From a virus (Duplodnaviria; Caudoviricetes), in IMG/VR virus record IMGVR_UViG_3300032007_001727: a stretch of 64,000 bases of DNA. One strand, given 5' to 3'. The first letter of the stretch is position 1. Each line of letters begins with the position of its first letter. The notes beneath the pieces are model-generated. The model did not search any database, was not told the DNA's origin, and was given only the letters and a program-made list of their open reading frames with translations. A program made the position numbers and the translations under genes. Below, in pieces: positions 20,940 through 31,285 of the stretch.

Positions 20940-21049
20940 TTCTATATCTTTTTATAAAAAATAAAAAAATGAAACATAAAATAAATAGATAGTTTAACTT
21001 TAAATTAAAAAAACCTCAAGAAATTTCTTGAGGTTTTAAGTTTTGTTTC

Positions 21050-22204
21050 TTACTTGTTTACCGCGTTTACGGCATTCTGTGAATTTATTATGACATTTGC
21101 TTGCTCCTTAAATTGATTTAAAGTTGCGCTGTTTGTATATGACATTGCAGAGCGCAGATAGTCAGTAAAGTTTTCAACCCATGTCTTCATTGAATACTCA
21201 ACATCCAATGTTTTTTTCAGACCTTCACTTGTCTTTGTCTTTGAACCGTTCAATGCAATCTGTCCTTCCCTTGATGCCATACCGTAGAATACCGCCTTTA
21301 CACTGCCTAGGAACACTCTGTTTCCGTTCAATTTGCCTTCCCAGGTCCCATTCTCAGTCTGTCTTATATCGGTGAAATCACTGAATTTCGTGGCCATTGG
21401 CATACTACTTGGAACCCTAATGTTGTGGTCGACCCCGTTCCATGTCTTAGGCGCTGCCGACTCTATCATTTTCGCAAAGACACTGCCGACCATTACGTAG
21501 TCTGCACCCAATGCCAACGCCTTTATAATGTCGGAATAGTTCCTAATTCCTCCGTCAGCAATAATCTTTGGCAGGGTATTCTCGTCACACTCCCATTTTT
21601 GTGCAATACTCTTTTTGAACTCATATATGCTGTCTATCAACGAAGCCATTGGCATATGTATTCCGGTATTTGAAGTGCTGAGGCATCCACAACCGCCACC
21701 TATACCGCAACGGACATATTGGAATCCGCTTTTTGCATATTCTGCGTATGTTTCCGGGTTGGCGATATTGCCGCCCATGAGTATTAGGTCATCGCCATAC
21801 ATCGCCTTTGCTTCCTTGGCTAAATCAAACAAGCACCCCATATGGCCGTTTGCAACATCAATCAGAACCTTCATCTTGTCTGTTGGACGGATTAGGTTCT
21901 TCTTGTCACAGAACACATTTTGGAACTCAGAAAGGGAATACGCCGACCAACCACCTAGTGTTGAATTGTGTATCCTGCTTCCGAGTTCAACTGTTCTTGG
22001 AAGTATTGAATTAATCTTTTCATCCTCAAAGAGCAAAAAGTTTCTTTCATCCACGACTGTGTTCATCGGAGCGGTAAACAACGGCAGCATATTATCCTCA
22101 TTGAACGGATTACACTCGTTCCTATGGCATATTGTGCTAGAAACTGCCGGAAGTATCGTCACATCGTTGTATGTATAGAATATCTTATCCTTGATTAAAC
22201 CCAT
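21050..22204 (-). CDS. GMP reductase / IMP dehydrogenase family protein
   Basis: YNDVTILP, PLFTAPMNTV, IDVANGH, GGNIA, GIGGGCGCLS, IIADGGIR..DIIKALALGADYVMVGS, FYGMAS, LRSAMSY; no CBS domain. Confidence 0.88.
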   Translation of the reverse strand: MGLIKDKIFYTYNDVTILPAVSSTICHRNECNPFNEDNMLPLFTAPMNTVVDERNFLLFEDEKINSILPRTVELGSRIHNSTLGGWSAYSLSEFQNVFCDKKNLIRPTDKMKVLIDVANGHMGCLFDLAKEAKAMYGDDLILMGGNIANPETYAEYAKSGFQYVRCGIGGGCGCLSTSNTGIHMPMASLIDSIYEFKKSIAQKWECDENTLPKIIADGGIRNYSDIIKALALGADYVMVGSVFAKMIESAAPKTWNGVDHNIRVPSSMPMATKFSDFTDIRQTENGTWEGKLNGNRVFLGSVKAVFYGMASREGQIALNGSKTKTSEGLKKTLDVEYSMKTWVENFTDYLRSAMSYTNSATLNQFKEQANVIINSQNAVNAVNK

Positions 22205-22206
22205 AA

Positions 22207-22773
22207 TTATTTATTTTTGTTGATTGTCAAATAAGTTAGTTCACTCGCTTGTCTCACGATTGAAGCCATTACGCTAGAATGCCATCTAGACTGCTCGTCC
22301 GTTAGGTCGCGGTCGTTGATTGTCATTGCCTCTGCTTCACTTTCAGTGAATTTTATTCCACAATTTTCACAAATTATGAGTGAATGGAGTCCGGTTCGTA
22401 TTGAGGGCAATGAATTGTCATACTTGTATGACAACATTCTCTTTTCAATCTCCCATTGGTTATCGTTTGGAATGAGTCTTACTGCTTTTGCTATCTGATG
22501 CAATAAGCAAACCTTAACTAGTGTGTTTTTGTCAACTTTAACTTCCTCCGGAAGTAATTCATTGACTTTAACGGCATAGGGTGTTAAGGTTTTTAGGATA
22601 ATTTCCAATAATGAACCTTCATAGGCGTTTCCAAACTCGTTTGAAACAGTAAAACTGCCATTTTTTAATTGTGTTGAAAACTTTTCCTTTAATTCATCAA
22701 CATCTACACCCAATTGTGATAATTTTTGAAAAAATAAATTTAAATTTTTTTCTTTAACTTCTTCTGTAATCAT
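22207..22773 (-). CDS. HD-domain-like protein, degenerate (HQ)
   Basis: GNAYEGSLLE, LVKVCLLHQIAK, FTESEAEAM; ATG 22773 preferred. Confidence 0.55.
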   Translation of the reverse strand: MITEEVKEKNLNLFFQKLSQLGVDVDELKEKFSTQLKNGSFTVSNEFGNAYEGSLLEIILKTLTPYAVKVNELLPEEVKVDKNTLVKVCLLHQIAKAVRLIPNDNQWEIEKRMLSYKYDNSLPSIRTGLHSLIICENCGIKFTESEAEAMTINDRDLTDEQSRWHSSVMASIVRQASELTYLTINKNK

Positions 22774-22791
22774 AATTTTTTCTCTTTTTTG

Positions 22792-22823
22792 CAAAGATAT
22801 ATAAAAAATGTTAAAAAAACAAA
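22792..22823 (-). promoter_or_regulatory. Bacteroidota sigmaA-type promoter (TTTG-N20-TATCTTTG)
   Basis: Matches the -33/-7 consensus; near copy of the element upstream of polB. Confidence 0.65.
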
Positions 22824-22829
22824 AAAAAT

Positions 22830-23040
22830 CTATAAAAAAACATAATTTTATAGATATATTATTTTGAAAAATATAATATATCTATAAATATATTATAAAT
22901 AAATAGATATTTTAAATAAAATATAGATATTTTATTTAAAATATTTATATTTTATTTAAAATATATTTTATATTTTAAATTTATAATTGCAGAAAAATGC
23001 AATCATAAATTTAAGTTTTTTTGTGATTTTTTGACAATAA
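22830..23040. repeat. extremely AT-rich intergenic tract with imperfect tandem repeats
   Basis: Repeated (TA)GATATTTTA(T/A)TTAAAATA-like units between divergent gene blocks. Confidence 0.5.
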
Positions 23041-23075
23041 GTAGATATTTATTGTAAATAAATATTAAGAAAATT

Positions 23076-26000
23076 ATGGGTAACAGAAATAGAATTTTAC
23101 AGCCTTACGGTTATATAGAAGAAAACAAGTTTTCTAGTGAACCGTCTATGATTTGTGAAGCCATTAGTGGAATAAGTGGCGGAGGTGGTGGAAGTGAAGA
23201 GAAAATAGAAGATATTCTCAATAAAGCATTCTACTACGTAAGCAAGGGTGATAATAAATATAAGTTCTTCAATTCACACATGGGAGAGGTTGCTTCTGTT
23301 GACTATCCTTATGCAATAGAATCGATAACCTATGACGATGAGACCAAGGAGGTTATAATCACCTTCGAGGGTGGGGAAGAACCTATCAGAGTATCGTTGG
23401 AGGACTTGGTTTCAGACTTGTCCGACATGGTAAATGAGGAAGCATCTGAGAGAGTTGAGGCAGATGGTGAGATTTGGGATGAAATAAGTGGAATCAACGA
23501 AAGCATATCCTCGTTGACTGAAGATGTGTCCGGGTTAACCCAAGACATTGAAACAGAGAAGAATGAAAGGGAGGAAGCAGACCAAGACATTATCGATTTA
23601 ATCGATGAAGAGGCTGTTCAACGTGAGCAGAGCGACGATGAATTGGACGCAAAGATTTCTCAAGAAAAGGACGAAAGAGTTGAAGAGGAAGGTAGGATAT
23701 GGGAAGCCATCAGTAGCATTACGCCTAGCGGTGAAACAATACTTGAACTCCTCAACCAAGAGATTGAAAACAGAGAACAAGGTGATAATGACCTCCGTGA
23801 TGCACTCAATGAGGAAATTCAAAACAGAACAAGCGCAGACACGGAAGAAAAGAACGCAAGGGAGGAAGCCGACAACGCACTCTCTGACGCACTTGCAGAG
23901 GAAAAGGCTCAACGCGAAAGCGGAGATACTGCATTGAACGGAAGACTTGATGAAGAGATTCAAGCCCGTGAAGATGGTGACAACGCATTGGGTCAGAGAA
24001 TTGACTCGGAAGCCTCAGAGAGACAAGACGCTGACTCTCAACTTGAAGACAAAATCAATGAGGAGAAGGGCGAAAGAGAGGAAAGTATAAGTGCCTTGGA
24101 GAATGAACTCAACGACGCAATACTTGCAGAGAAGAACGAAAGAATCAGTGCCGACAGTGAAATCAATTCCGCATTAGAGGAGGAAAAGATTGAAAGAAGC
24201 AGAGAGGACGGCAGGATTGAAGGTCTTATAAGCGGTGAAGAAAGAGAGAGGGAAAATGCAGACGAGGCATTGAGGCAAGAAATAGAGAGGGAGGCAATGT
24301 ATCGCTCTTCCGCAGATACTGTCATTTCTGCTTCAGTCAACACTGAAAGGGCAGAGAGAATGGCAAAGGATTCTGAAATTCTGTCGGCATTGACGAATGA
24401 ATCGCAAGCAAGGGCGGAAAAAGACCTTGAACTCGACACCAAGATTAACAATAACAAGGTTGCAATCCATAAGGTTACAACGTCATTGCCTACAAATGTC
24501 AAGGAGGCATTTGAACTTAAGAACACCCTTGGTGAAGTTCTTGGTGACAGAATAAACATTTATAAGGATTCTTCACTCAAGAACGTTGAATTGGTTTATT
24601 CACATGACGGTGTTACCGGTCAGTTCTTGAAGTTTACGTACACTTTGGAGGACGGTACGGAAAAGGTAGAATATGTGAATATGTCCGAATTCTTGGTTCA
24701 AGCAGAATTCAAGGATGGCCTCGTTGTCAATAACGCGGGTGAGGTTAGAGTGAAGGTTTCACCTTCTTCTGAATCATACTTGACGGTATCCACCAATGGA
24801 ATAAGCGTCAATGGCATTGATTTGATAAACGAAAACTTGGATGCTGAGGCTAGAAGCCGCGAGAACGGTGACACGAACCTAAATTCTCTTATCGTATCTG
24901 AAAGGGCCGCTAGAATCAGTGGTGATACTGAAAATACTAGGAATTTAAATGCTGAGATAGAGACTAGGGAATCCGCCGATTCTGATTTGGCCACAAGGAT
25001 AAACAATGAGAGGGACGCTAGGCAAATGAGTGACAGAAACCTCCAAGACCAAATAAGTGTTGAGGCAAATGACAGAAGCGCTGCTGATACGACCCTTAAT
25101 AATGAGATTAACACATTGTCATTAAGTCTTTCATCAGAGGAAAGCAGCAGGATTGCTAGCGACAACCAACTTCAAAATGAAATCAATCAACTCAAGACGG
25201 TTGATACCCAATTGAGTGGAAAGACAATTACTCTTGAAAATGCAATTTCAGCGGAATCCAACACTAGGTCTGAGGAAGATGCGGCAATAAGGCTTGTATT
25301 GAATACAAAGGCAAATTCGGCTGATGTATATTATAAGACCGACGTAGACAGTATTTTTGCAAAGAAGACAGAAATTCCAACCGATTTCTATTCAAGGTCA
25401 GAGGTTGATGCAAAGGATAGAACCATATCCAATTCCATAGAGGCAGAGACATCATCTAGGGAAATTGCCGATGCAGAGTTGGAGAGGAAAATTTCGGCAG
25501 AGAAGACACAACGTGAGTCAAGAGACGAGACACTTCAAGACAATATTGACATACTCTCCTCACAGATTGATTCCAAGGTAAGCGGTGTTTCTTCATCCAA
25601 TGCTTCCATAACAGTTGACAATACTCATCCTAGGTCACCTATGATAAAGGCCAATATCAGTTCAGAGAACGGACAGATAATCAAGTTGAACGGTGACGGC
25701 TTATATGCCAAGGCAGAGTTGACATACAACGAGGAGAACAATGTGTTGAACTTTACCAATACAAACGGAACCTCTACTATAGAACTCAAGACCAAGTCTC
25801 AGATTGACAATATATACTATGACAAGCCAAACGAGGAGATTGTAATCGAATATACCGTCAATGGAAGCCGGAAGGAAGACGTGAGAGTTCCGGTTGGTGA
25901 CTTGATAGAGGAATGGAGGACAGAGGACGGAAACGTCGGTGCAATACAACTCATCAAGGAAAGGAATGTGTCTAGTGAGGATGTCCTCAAGGCTAGGCTT

Positions 26001-26216
26001 GTGTTGAACACCGTACACGATGACAATATCGCCGTCATAGACGATAATGCGCTGTATGTGTCAAAGAATGCGTTACTTAGTGAATTACACGCAGAGATAG
26101 CAGCGTTAGAGGCTAGGATTGCAGCACTTGAGTCATCAAACGGCACAAACTCGCACGGTCTAAACACCGACAGCACAATTCAAGACTTGATTGATTATGT
26201 CGATAATCAGCCCTAA
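23076..26216 (+). CDS. large coiled-coil fibre-like virion protein
   Basis: Many E..R...D..L repeats; shares domains with 43857 and 61882 proteins; late motif. Confidence 0.7.
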   Translation: MGNRNRILQPYGYIEENKFSSEPSMICEAISGISGGGGGSEEKIEDILNKAFYYVSKGDNKYKFFNSHMGEVASVDYPYAIESITYDDETKEVIITFEGGEEPIRVSLEDLVSDLSDMVNEEASERVEADGEIWDEISGINESISSLTEDVSGLTQDIETEKNEREEADQDIIDLIDEEAVQREQSDDELDAKISQEKDERVEEEGRIWEAISSITPSGETILELLNQEIENREQGDNDLRDALNEEIQNRTSADTEEKNAREEADNALSDALAEEKAQRESGDTALNGRLDEEIQAREDGDNALGQRIDSEASERQDADSQLEDKINEEKGEREESISALENELNDAILAEKNERISADSEINSALEEEKIERSREDGRIEGLISGEERERENADEALRQEIEREAMYRSSADTVISASVNTERAERMAKDSEILSALTNESQARAEKDLELDTKINNNKVAIHKVTTSLPTNVKEAFELKNTLGEVLGDRINIYKDSSLKNVELVYSHDGVTGQFLKFTYTLEDGTEKVEYVNMSEFLVQAEFKDGLVVNNAGEVRVKVSPSSESYLTVSTNGISVNGIDLINENLDAEARSRENGDTNLNSLIVSERAARISGDTENTRNLNAEIETRESADSDLATRINNERDARQMSDRNLQDQISVEANDRSAADTTLNNEINTLSLSLSSEESSRIASDNQLQNEINQLKTVDTQLSGKTITLENAISAESNTRSEEDAAIRLVLNTKANSADVYYKTDVDSIFAKKTEIPTDFYSRSEVDAKDRTISNSIEAETSSREIADAELERKISAEKTQRESRDETLQDNIDILSSQIDSKVSGVSSSNASITVDNTHPRSPMIKANISSENGQIIKLNGDGLYAKAELTYNEENNVLNFTNTNGTSTIELKTKSQIDNIYYDKPNEEIVIEYTVNGSRKEDVRVPVGDLIEEWRTEDGNVGAIQLIKERNVSSEDVLKARLVLNTVHDDNIAVIDDNALYVSKNALLSELHAEIAALEARIAALESSNGTNSHGLNTDSTIQDLIDYVDNQP

Positions 26217-26287
26217 AAAATAAATAAGCCTCAGAAATGAGGCTTATTTTGGTTTTAAGCGATATTTATATGTAAAAAATAGGTAAC

Positions 26288-27781
26288 ATGATTTTTAAGA
26301 CATATATAAGCAAGTTTAATACGATTGTTTCAAATTCAAAGATAAACACCGGCCTAAATCCGGTCGCTGAGATAATTCGAGGTCGTGATTTCATCATATC
26401 TAGGTCTTTAATCTATTTCGACCATAACAAGGTAAAGGAAATGATAGACAACGGAATCATGCCGAACATGAACAAGATGACACACACCTTGAACATTACA
26501 AATGGCGGCTCAACAGACAATACAAGCCTGCATGACTGCGGCACGAGCCTATTCAACGACAACAAGAAAATTAGGGCCGCATCGTTTGACTTGATTTTCT
26601 TCCTCATACCCAAGCCATGGGATAGGGGAAAGGGTTTCGACTATACGAAAACCTACTTAAACGTGGGATATTATTCTCCGACTCCGATTGACCCGACTAG
26701 GCTAATATCTGAGCAAGGGAGCAATTGGTTTAACCGTGAGAACGGCCTTCCTTGGGACGAGGAGGGAGTATATTCCAATGATACATTGTCGAAGGAATAT
26801 GACAAATGGGCTTGCGGAGAGGAGTCGATAGTCATAGGTAGGCAACATTTTGACTATGGCAATGAAAATATTTCATTGGACATCACAAGCACGTTCAACA
26901 AGTTCATTACCGGCGAACTTGAAAACAACGGAATAGGCATAGCGTTCTCTCCGTTGTTGGAATCAACCGACGATGAATACGAACAATACGTATCACTGTT
27001 GACGGACAAGACAAATACGTTCTTTGAACCGTTCGTTGAAACAAGATACGATGATGTCATATCGGATGACCGCAGCAATTTCGTGTTGAACAAAAGGAAC
27101 AAACTCTATTTGTATTGTACAATAGGGGACCATTTGGATGACTTGGATAATCTACCAAAGGTAACCATAACGGACTCCAATGACGAAATAGTTAAGGGTT
27201 CGGACGGTGAAGAACTCAAGGACATCGAGGCAAAAAGGTTCTCAAGGGGCGTATATTACATAGACTTGCTTTTACAGAAAAAGGATTTTGAACCAAACAC
27301 AATGCTCTATGACACGTGGGACGGACTCTCGTACCAAGGCGTTGAACTTGAGCCGTCGGAATTGGATTTTGTATTAAAGGACACACCGAATTTCTTTAAT
27401 ATCGGCAACTCATTGGAGACATCCGACGTTACGTTCACCCCGTCAATAGGCGGAATAAAGGAAAACGAAGAAATTCTTAGGGGTGATGTCAGAAAACTTT
27501 CGATATTAACCGTTGAGACCTACTCAACGAACACGATAAGATTAATTGACGAGATTTATATCAGATTGTATGTAAAGGATGGAATAAGCGAGATTGACGT
27601 AATTTCTTGGGATAAGGTAAACAAGACGTTTTATGATAATTTTTATTTGTTGGACACAAGCATTCTAATACCTCAGAAGTATTATGTTGACATTAAGGTC
27701 AAGTATGGAATGAACTCTATGACATACAGCAACATTTTAAGTTTTAAGATAGCAAATGACGTTAAGGATAAGTATCATTGA
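26288..27781 (+). CDS. hypothetical virion structural protein
   Basis: SRSLIYFD, WDRGKGFDY, GSNW..R...PW..EG; late motif upstream. Confidence 0.6.
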   Translation: MIFKTYISKFNTIVSNSKINTGLNPVAEIIRGRDFIISRSLIYFDHNKVKEMIDNGIMPNMNKMTHTLNITNGGSTDNTSLHDCGTSLFNDNKKIRAASFDLIFFLIPKPWDRGKGFDYTKTYLNVGYYSPTPIDPTRLISEQGSNWFNRENGLPWDEEGVYSNDTLSKEYDKWACGEESIVIGRQHFDYGNENISLDITSTFNKFITGELENNGIGIAFSPLLESTDDEYEQYVSLLTDKTNTFFEPFVETRYDDVISDDRSNFVLNKRNKLYLYCTIGDHLDDLDNLPKVTITDSNDEIVKGSDGEELKDIEAKRFSRGVYYIDLLLQKKDFEPNTMLYDTWDGLSYQGVELEPSELDFVLKDTPNFFNIGNSLETSDVTFTPSIGGIKENEEILRGDVRKLSILTVETYSTNTIRLIDEIYIRLYVKDGISEIDVISWDKVNKTFYDNFYLLDTSILIPQKYYVDIKVKYGMNSMTYSNILSFKIANDVKDKYH

Positions 27782-27838
27782 ATTTAAATCACAGAAAATG
27801 AGAACGGCAACACAATTAAGTGCTGCCGTTTTTTATTG

Positions 27839-28655
27839 TTATTGTTCAACCTTGGTCCAACCATACTTACCTAAGTAATAATCACCACTTCCCATCCAAA
27901 CGTCATAGCCGCTGCTACCTTGTGGAACATAGAGAGTACCATCGGACCCGACATTGCCGAAAGTAGTATTTGCTATTGTTGGTGCTGTTGCTGCAAGTGA
28001 AGTTATTGCTGATAAACTAGAACAACCATTGAAGGCATTTTGACCAATGTTTGTAACACCACTTGGAATGTTTATACTTGATAAACTACGACAACCACTG
28101 AAAGTATAATTACCAATGATTGTAACGCTGTCCGGAATTGTTATACTTGATAAACTAGAACAATAAGCGAAAACATTATTATCAATGTTTGTAACACCAC
28201 TTGGTATTGTTATGCTTGATAAATTAGAACAACTAGCGAAAACATTATTACCAATGCTTGTAACACTGTCCGGAATTGTTATACTTGATAAACCAGTACA
28301 TTGAAGGAAAGCACTATTACCAATGTTTGTAATACCATTTGGTATTGTTATGCTTGATAAACTAGAACAATAACCGAAAGCCACCGCACCAATACTTGTG
28401 CAAAGTGTACCAACTTCAACACTGACACAAGTTGCGCTGTAACCGCTTATCATTGCTCTTGTAAGTTCTCCACTACCCTCGATATCAACAACCTCACCGT
28501 TTCGCAAAGTTAATTTACAGAAGAAGGGGGGGGGGGGTAGGATTGTAATGCACATCATCCTCAGCAACACAAAGTGATACATTTGGTTTTGGGTAGTCCG
28601 TGGCAACGTATGCTGTATAATCAGCATGTGTTGCAAATTCTTTAACGTACTTCAT
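27839..28655 (-). pseudogene. BspA-like LRR protein, frameshifted at a C12 tract (putative phase-OFF allele)
   Basis: True ATG at 28655 gives the same leader as the 59588 paralog; G12 at 28526-28537 shifts the frame (stop at 28515); 23-aa repeats SLSSITIPSGVTNIG..AF..C. Confidence 0.8.
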
Positions 28656-28741
28656 AATTTTTAAATAAAAGTTTTTTTTTAATTAAGTTATTATTTCTTT
28701 ATATAAATATTGAAAAATTTTTAAAAATCTTTATTTTTTAA

Positions 28742-30016
28742 ATGCAAAATTCCATAAATACTGTAATGCGAAACAAAGGTGTACGTTTAAATGAAGAAGA
28801 AGCCTTAAGAAACATTAAAGACAAATGTAATGAGAGGGGTGTTGAGTTCATTGGTTTTGACAATGAAACAAATTCCTATATAAATAATAAGACATATTTG
28901 ATTTTAAGATGTAATAAATGTAATAAGATTTGGAAAACAACGACATATGATAAATTTGTAAGGTATAATAGGTCTTGTCCTAATTGTTCTAGAACAAAAA
29001 AAGTGACACTTGATGAATTAATTTCAAACACACTTGAATTATGTGAAGAAAAAGAATTTACATTCTTGGGTATAAGTGGTCCCTTTAAAGGCGTGAGAAC
29101 TAAATTGAAATTAAAATGCAATAGATGTGGTTATGAATGGCATACGACAACATACGTAAATCTAATAAAAAAGGACAGAAAAAGTCATTCGTGCAATAAA
29201 AGAAACCCATTGTATTCAACTGTAGGATTAAGAAGTGATAAAGCAACCAAAAGAGTTTTGGACTCATTAAAAGAAACTTCCCTTGAATTTGTATCCTTTA
29301 AAGATGGTGAATATATTGGATTCAATAAAACTAAAGTAATTCTAAAATGTAAAAAATGTAATAAGTTGAATGAATATTCTTTTTCTTATATCTGTAGTCA
29401 TAATATTTCTTGTAAATATTGCGAATATAATGGGAAGATTTCAAATGAGGCCGCAATTAAGATAATTGAAGACAAGTGCAAGGATTTAAATTATACTTTT
29501 TTAGGGTTTAAGACAATTGACGGAAGATATGATGGAAAGGATACTTATTTAATTTTAAAATGTAATAAATGTGGTAGAATTACTGATAGTACGAAGTTTT
29601 ATGTATTTGTCAATAGGGGGATAAAGTGCTTAAACTGTTCTAGGACTTGGAAAATGGAAGATGAAATTAAAACATTCCTTGATAAGGAAAAAATTGATTA
29701 TATTTATGACTGTAGGTCTAGGGTACTTCCTTGGCTTAAAAATAGAATATCATTGTCATTGGATTTTTATCTCCCAAAATATAATACTGCCATAGAATGT
29801 CAAGGCATTCAGCACTTCGAACCTAGTTCTTTTTATGGTGGTGAAAAGGAATTTGTCAAAACTTGTGATAGGGACAAGAGAAAACTCCTCCTATGCAAGG
29901 AAAACAATGTAACATTGCTCTATTACGACAGTGAGACACAACATCAATCCTTCTTGGGGGAAGTGGTTTTCAAGGATGTAAATAATTTATTTAAAGAAAT
30001 ATTAAAAAATGGATAA
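28742..30016 (+). CDS. free-standing homing endonuclease (CxxC repeats + Vsr/DUF559-like nuclease)
   Basis: Repeated LxCNKC modules; SLDFYLPKYNTAIECQGIQHF...DKRKLLLC. Confidence 0.75.
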   Translation: MQNSINTVMRNKGVRLNEEEALRNIKDKCNERGVEFIGFDNETNSYINNKTYLILRCNKCNKIWKTTTYDKFVRYNRSCPNCSRTKKVTLDELISNTLELCEEKEFTFLGISGPFKGVRTKLKLKCNRCGYEWHTTTYVNLIKKDRKSHSCNKRNPLYSTVGLRSDKATKRVLDSLKETSLEFVSFKDGEYIGFNKTKVILKCKKCNKLNEYSFSYICSHNISCKYCEYNGKISNEAAIKIIEDKCKDLNYTFLGFKTIDGRYDGKDTYLILKCNKCGRITDSTKFYVFVNRGIKCLNCSRTWKMEDEIKTFLDKEKIDYIYDCRSRVLPWLKNRISLSLDFYLPKYNTAIECQGIQHFEPSSFYGGEKEFVKTCDRDKRKLLLCKENNVTLLYYDSETQHQSFLGEVVFKDVNNLFKEILKNG

Positions 30017-31223
30017 AAAAATTAAAATGTTGGTAATACCATCAGATAATAGCGGGGTTGGGTATTATCGTTCAATTTGGCCTCATGAATATATTCAGAA
30101 ACATTATGGGGATATGTTTGATATAGATATTGTCAAGAGCATGCCAAGTGGTGACTTGGAGGCTTTCTTAAAGCAATATGACTTGGTTCACTTCCACAAG
30201 CAGTTGGACAAGGACGGAAGGATTATCGACATGCTAAAGTTCTTGGGTATTCCGGTCATAATCGACATTGATGACCACTTCAAGTTGGGAGAAGACCATC
30301 CGATGTCCATTACGGCAAAAAAGGAAAAGTGGCACGAACCTATTATCATGCACTTGCGAAAGGCTGACTATGTCACGACAACAACACCTATTTTCGCAAA
30401 CGAACTCAAGAAGTACAACAAGAACGTGAAGGTATTCCCGAACGCAATCAACGATGAGGATAAGCAGTATGAGCCGATTAAGAATCCCGGGACAAACAGA
30501 CTTAGGGTTGGAATCATCTGCGGCTCGTCACACTTGAAGGACTTGGAACTCTTGGGCAATGTTGCCAATCAGATTGACAAAGACAAGGTACAGTTCGTTC
30601 TCTGCGGATTTGACACTAGGGGAACTAGGACGGTATATAAGCCAAACGGAGAGATAGAGACTAGACCCATTCTCCCGGAAGAGAGTGTTTGGTGTGACTA
30701 TGAGAGGATTTTCTCCAATAACTATAGAAATATCTCTGACGCACATAAGGATTTCCTTATGAAATATACACCGTATGTGGATGACCCATTCTTGGACGAG
30801 CCATACAGAAGAATGTGGACGAGGGATATTTCAAACTATGCCACGCACTATCAGAACGTTGACGTTCTCATTGCGCCGCTTAAGGAAAACGAGTTCAACA
30901 AGATGAAGTCTGAGTTGAAGGAAATTGAGTGCGGATTCACGAATACAGCCTTCATAGGTCAGAACTTCGGTGCCTACACCATCAACTTGGTTCCGATGAT
31001 TGAGAAGGGAGGAAAGATTAACGAGGACGGAACGGCATTGTTGGTTGACACCTCGAAGAACCATAAGCAGTGGGCAAAGTACATTAACAAGTTGGCTGAA
31101 GACCGCGACATGCTCAAGAGGCTGCAAGACAATCTCAGAAAGTTCGTATTGGAAAACTACTCAATGGCCCATGTTTGTGAACAGAGGGTTGAATTCTATA
31201 AAAGTTTGGTTAATAAGGATTAA
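30009..31223 (+). CDS. GT-B (GT4-like) glycosyltransferase
   Basis: SGVGYYRS..P, IDIDDH, ADYVTTTT, FPNAI, DVLIAPL..NEFNKMKSELK. Confidence 0.8.
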   Translation: MDKKIKMLVIPSDNSGVGYYRSIWPHEYIQKHYGDMFDIDIVKSMPSGDLEAFLKQYDLVHFHKQLDKDGRIIDMLKFLGIPVIIDIDDHFKLGEDHPMSITAKKEKWHEPIIMHLRKADYVTTTTPIFANELKKYNKNVKVFPNAINDEDKQYEPIKNPGTNRLRVGIICGSSHLKDLELLGNVANQIDKDKVQFVLCGFDTRGTRTVYKPNGEIETRPILPEESVWCDYERIFSNNYRNISDAHKDFLMKYTPYVDDPFLDEPYRRMWTRDISNYATHYQNVDVLIAPLKENEFNKMKSELKEIECGFTNTAFIGQNFGAYTINLVPMIEKGGKINEDGTALLVDTSKNHKQWAKYINKLAEDRDMLKRLQDNLRKFVLENYSMAHVCEQRVEFYKSLVNKD

Positions 31224-31285
31224 AAAGAAATGGAGGTAGAAAAAAGTTCTATCTCCATTTTGATTTAATTATTTCATGGGTAATT

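Noticed and set aside
27839-28636. ORF-track start MQHMLIIQ... for the LRR gene
   Set aside because: It is an out-of-frame reading of the conserved leader upstream of the poly-C frameshift
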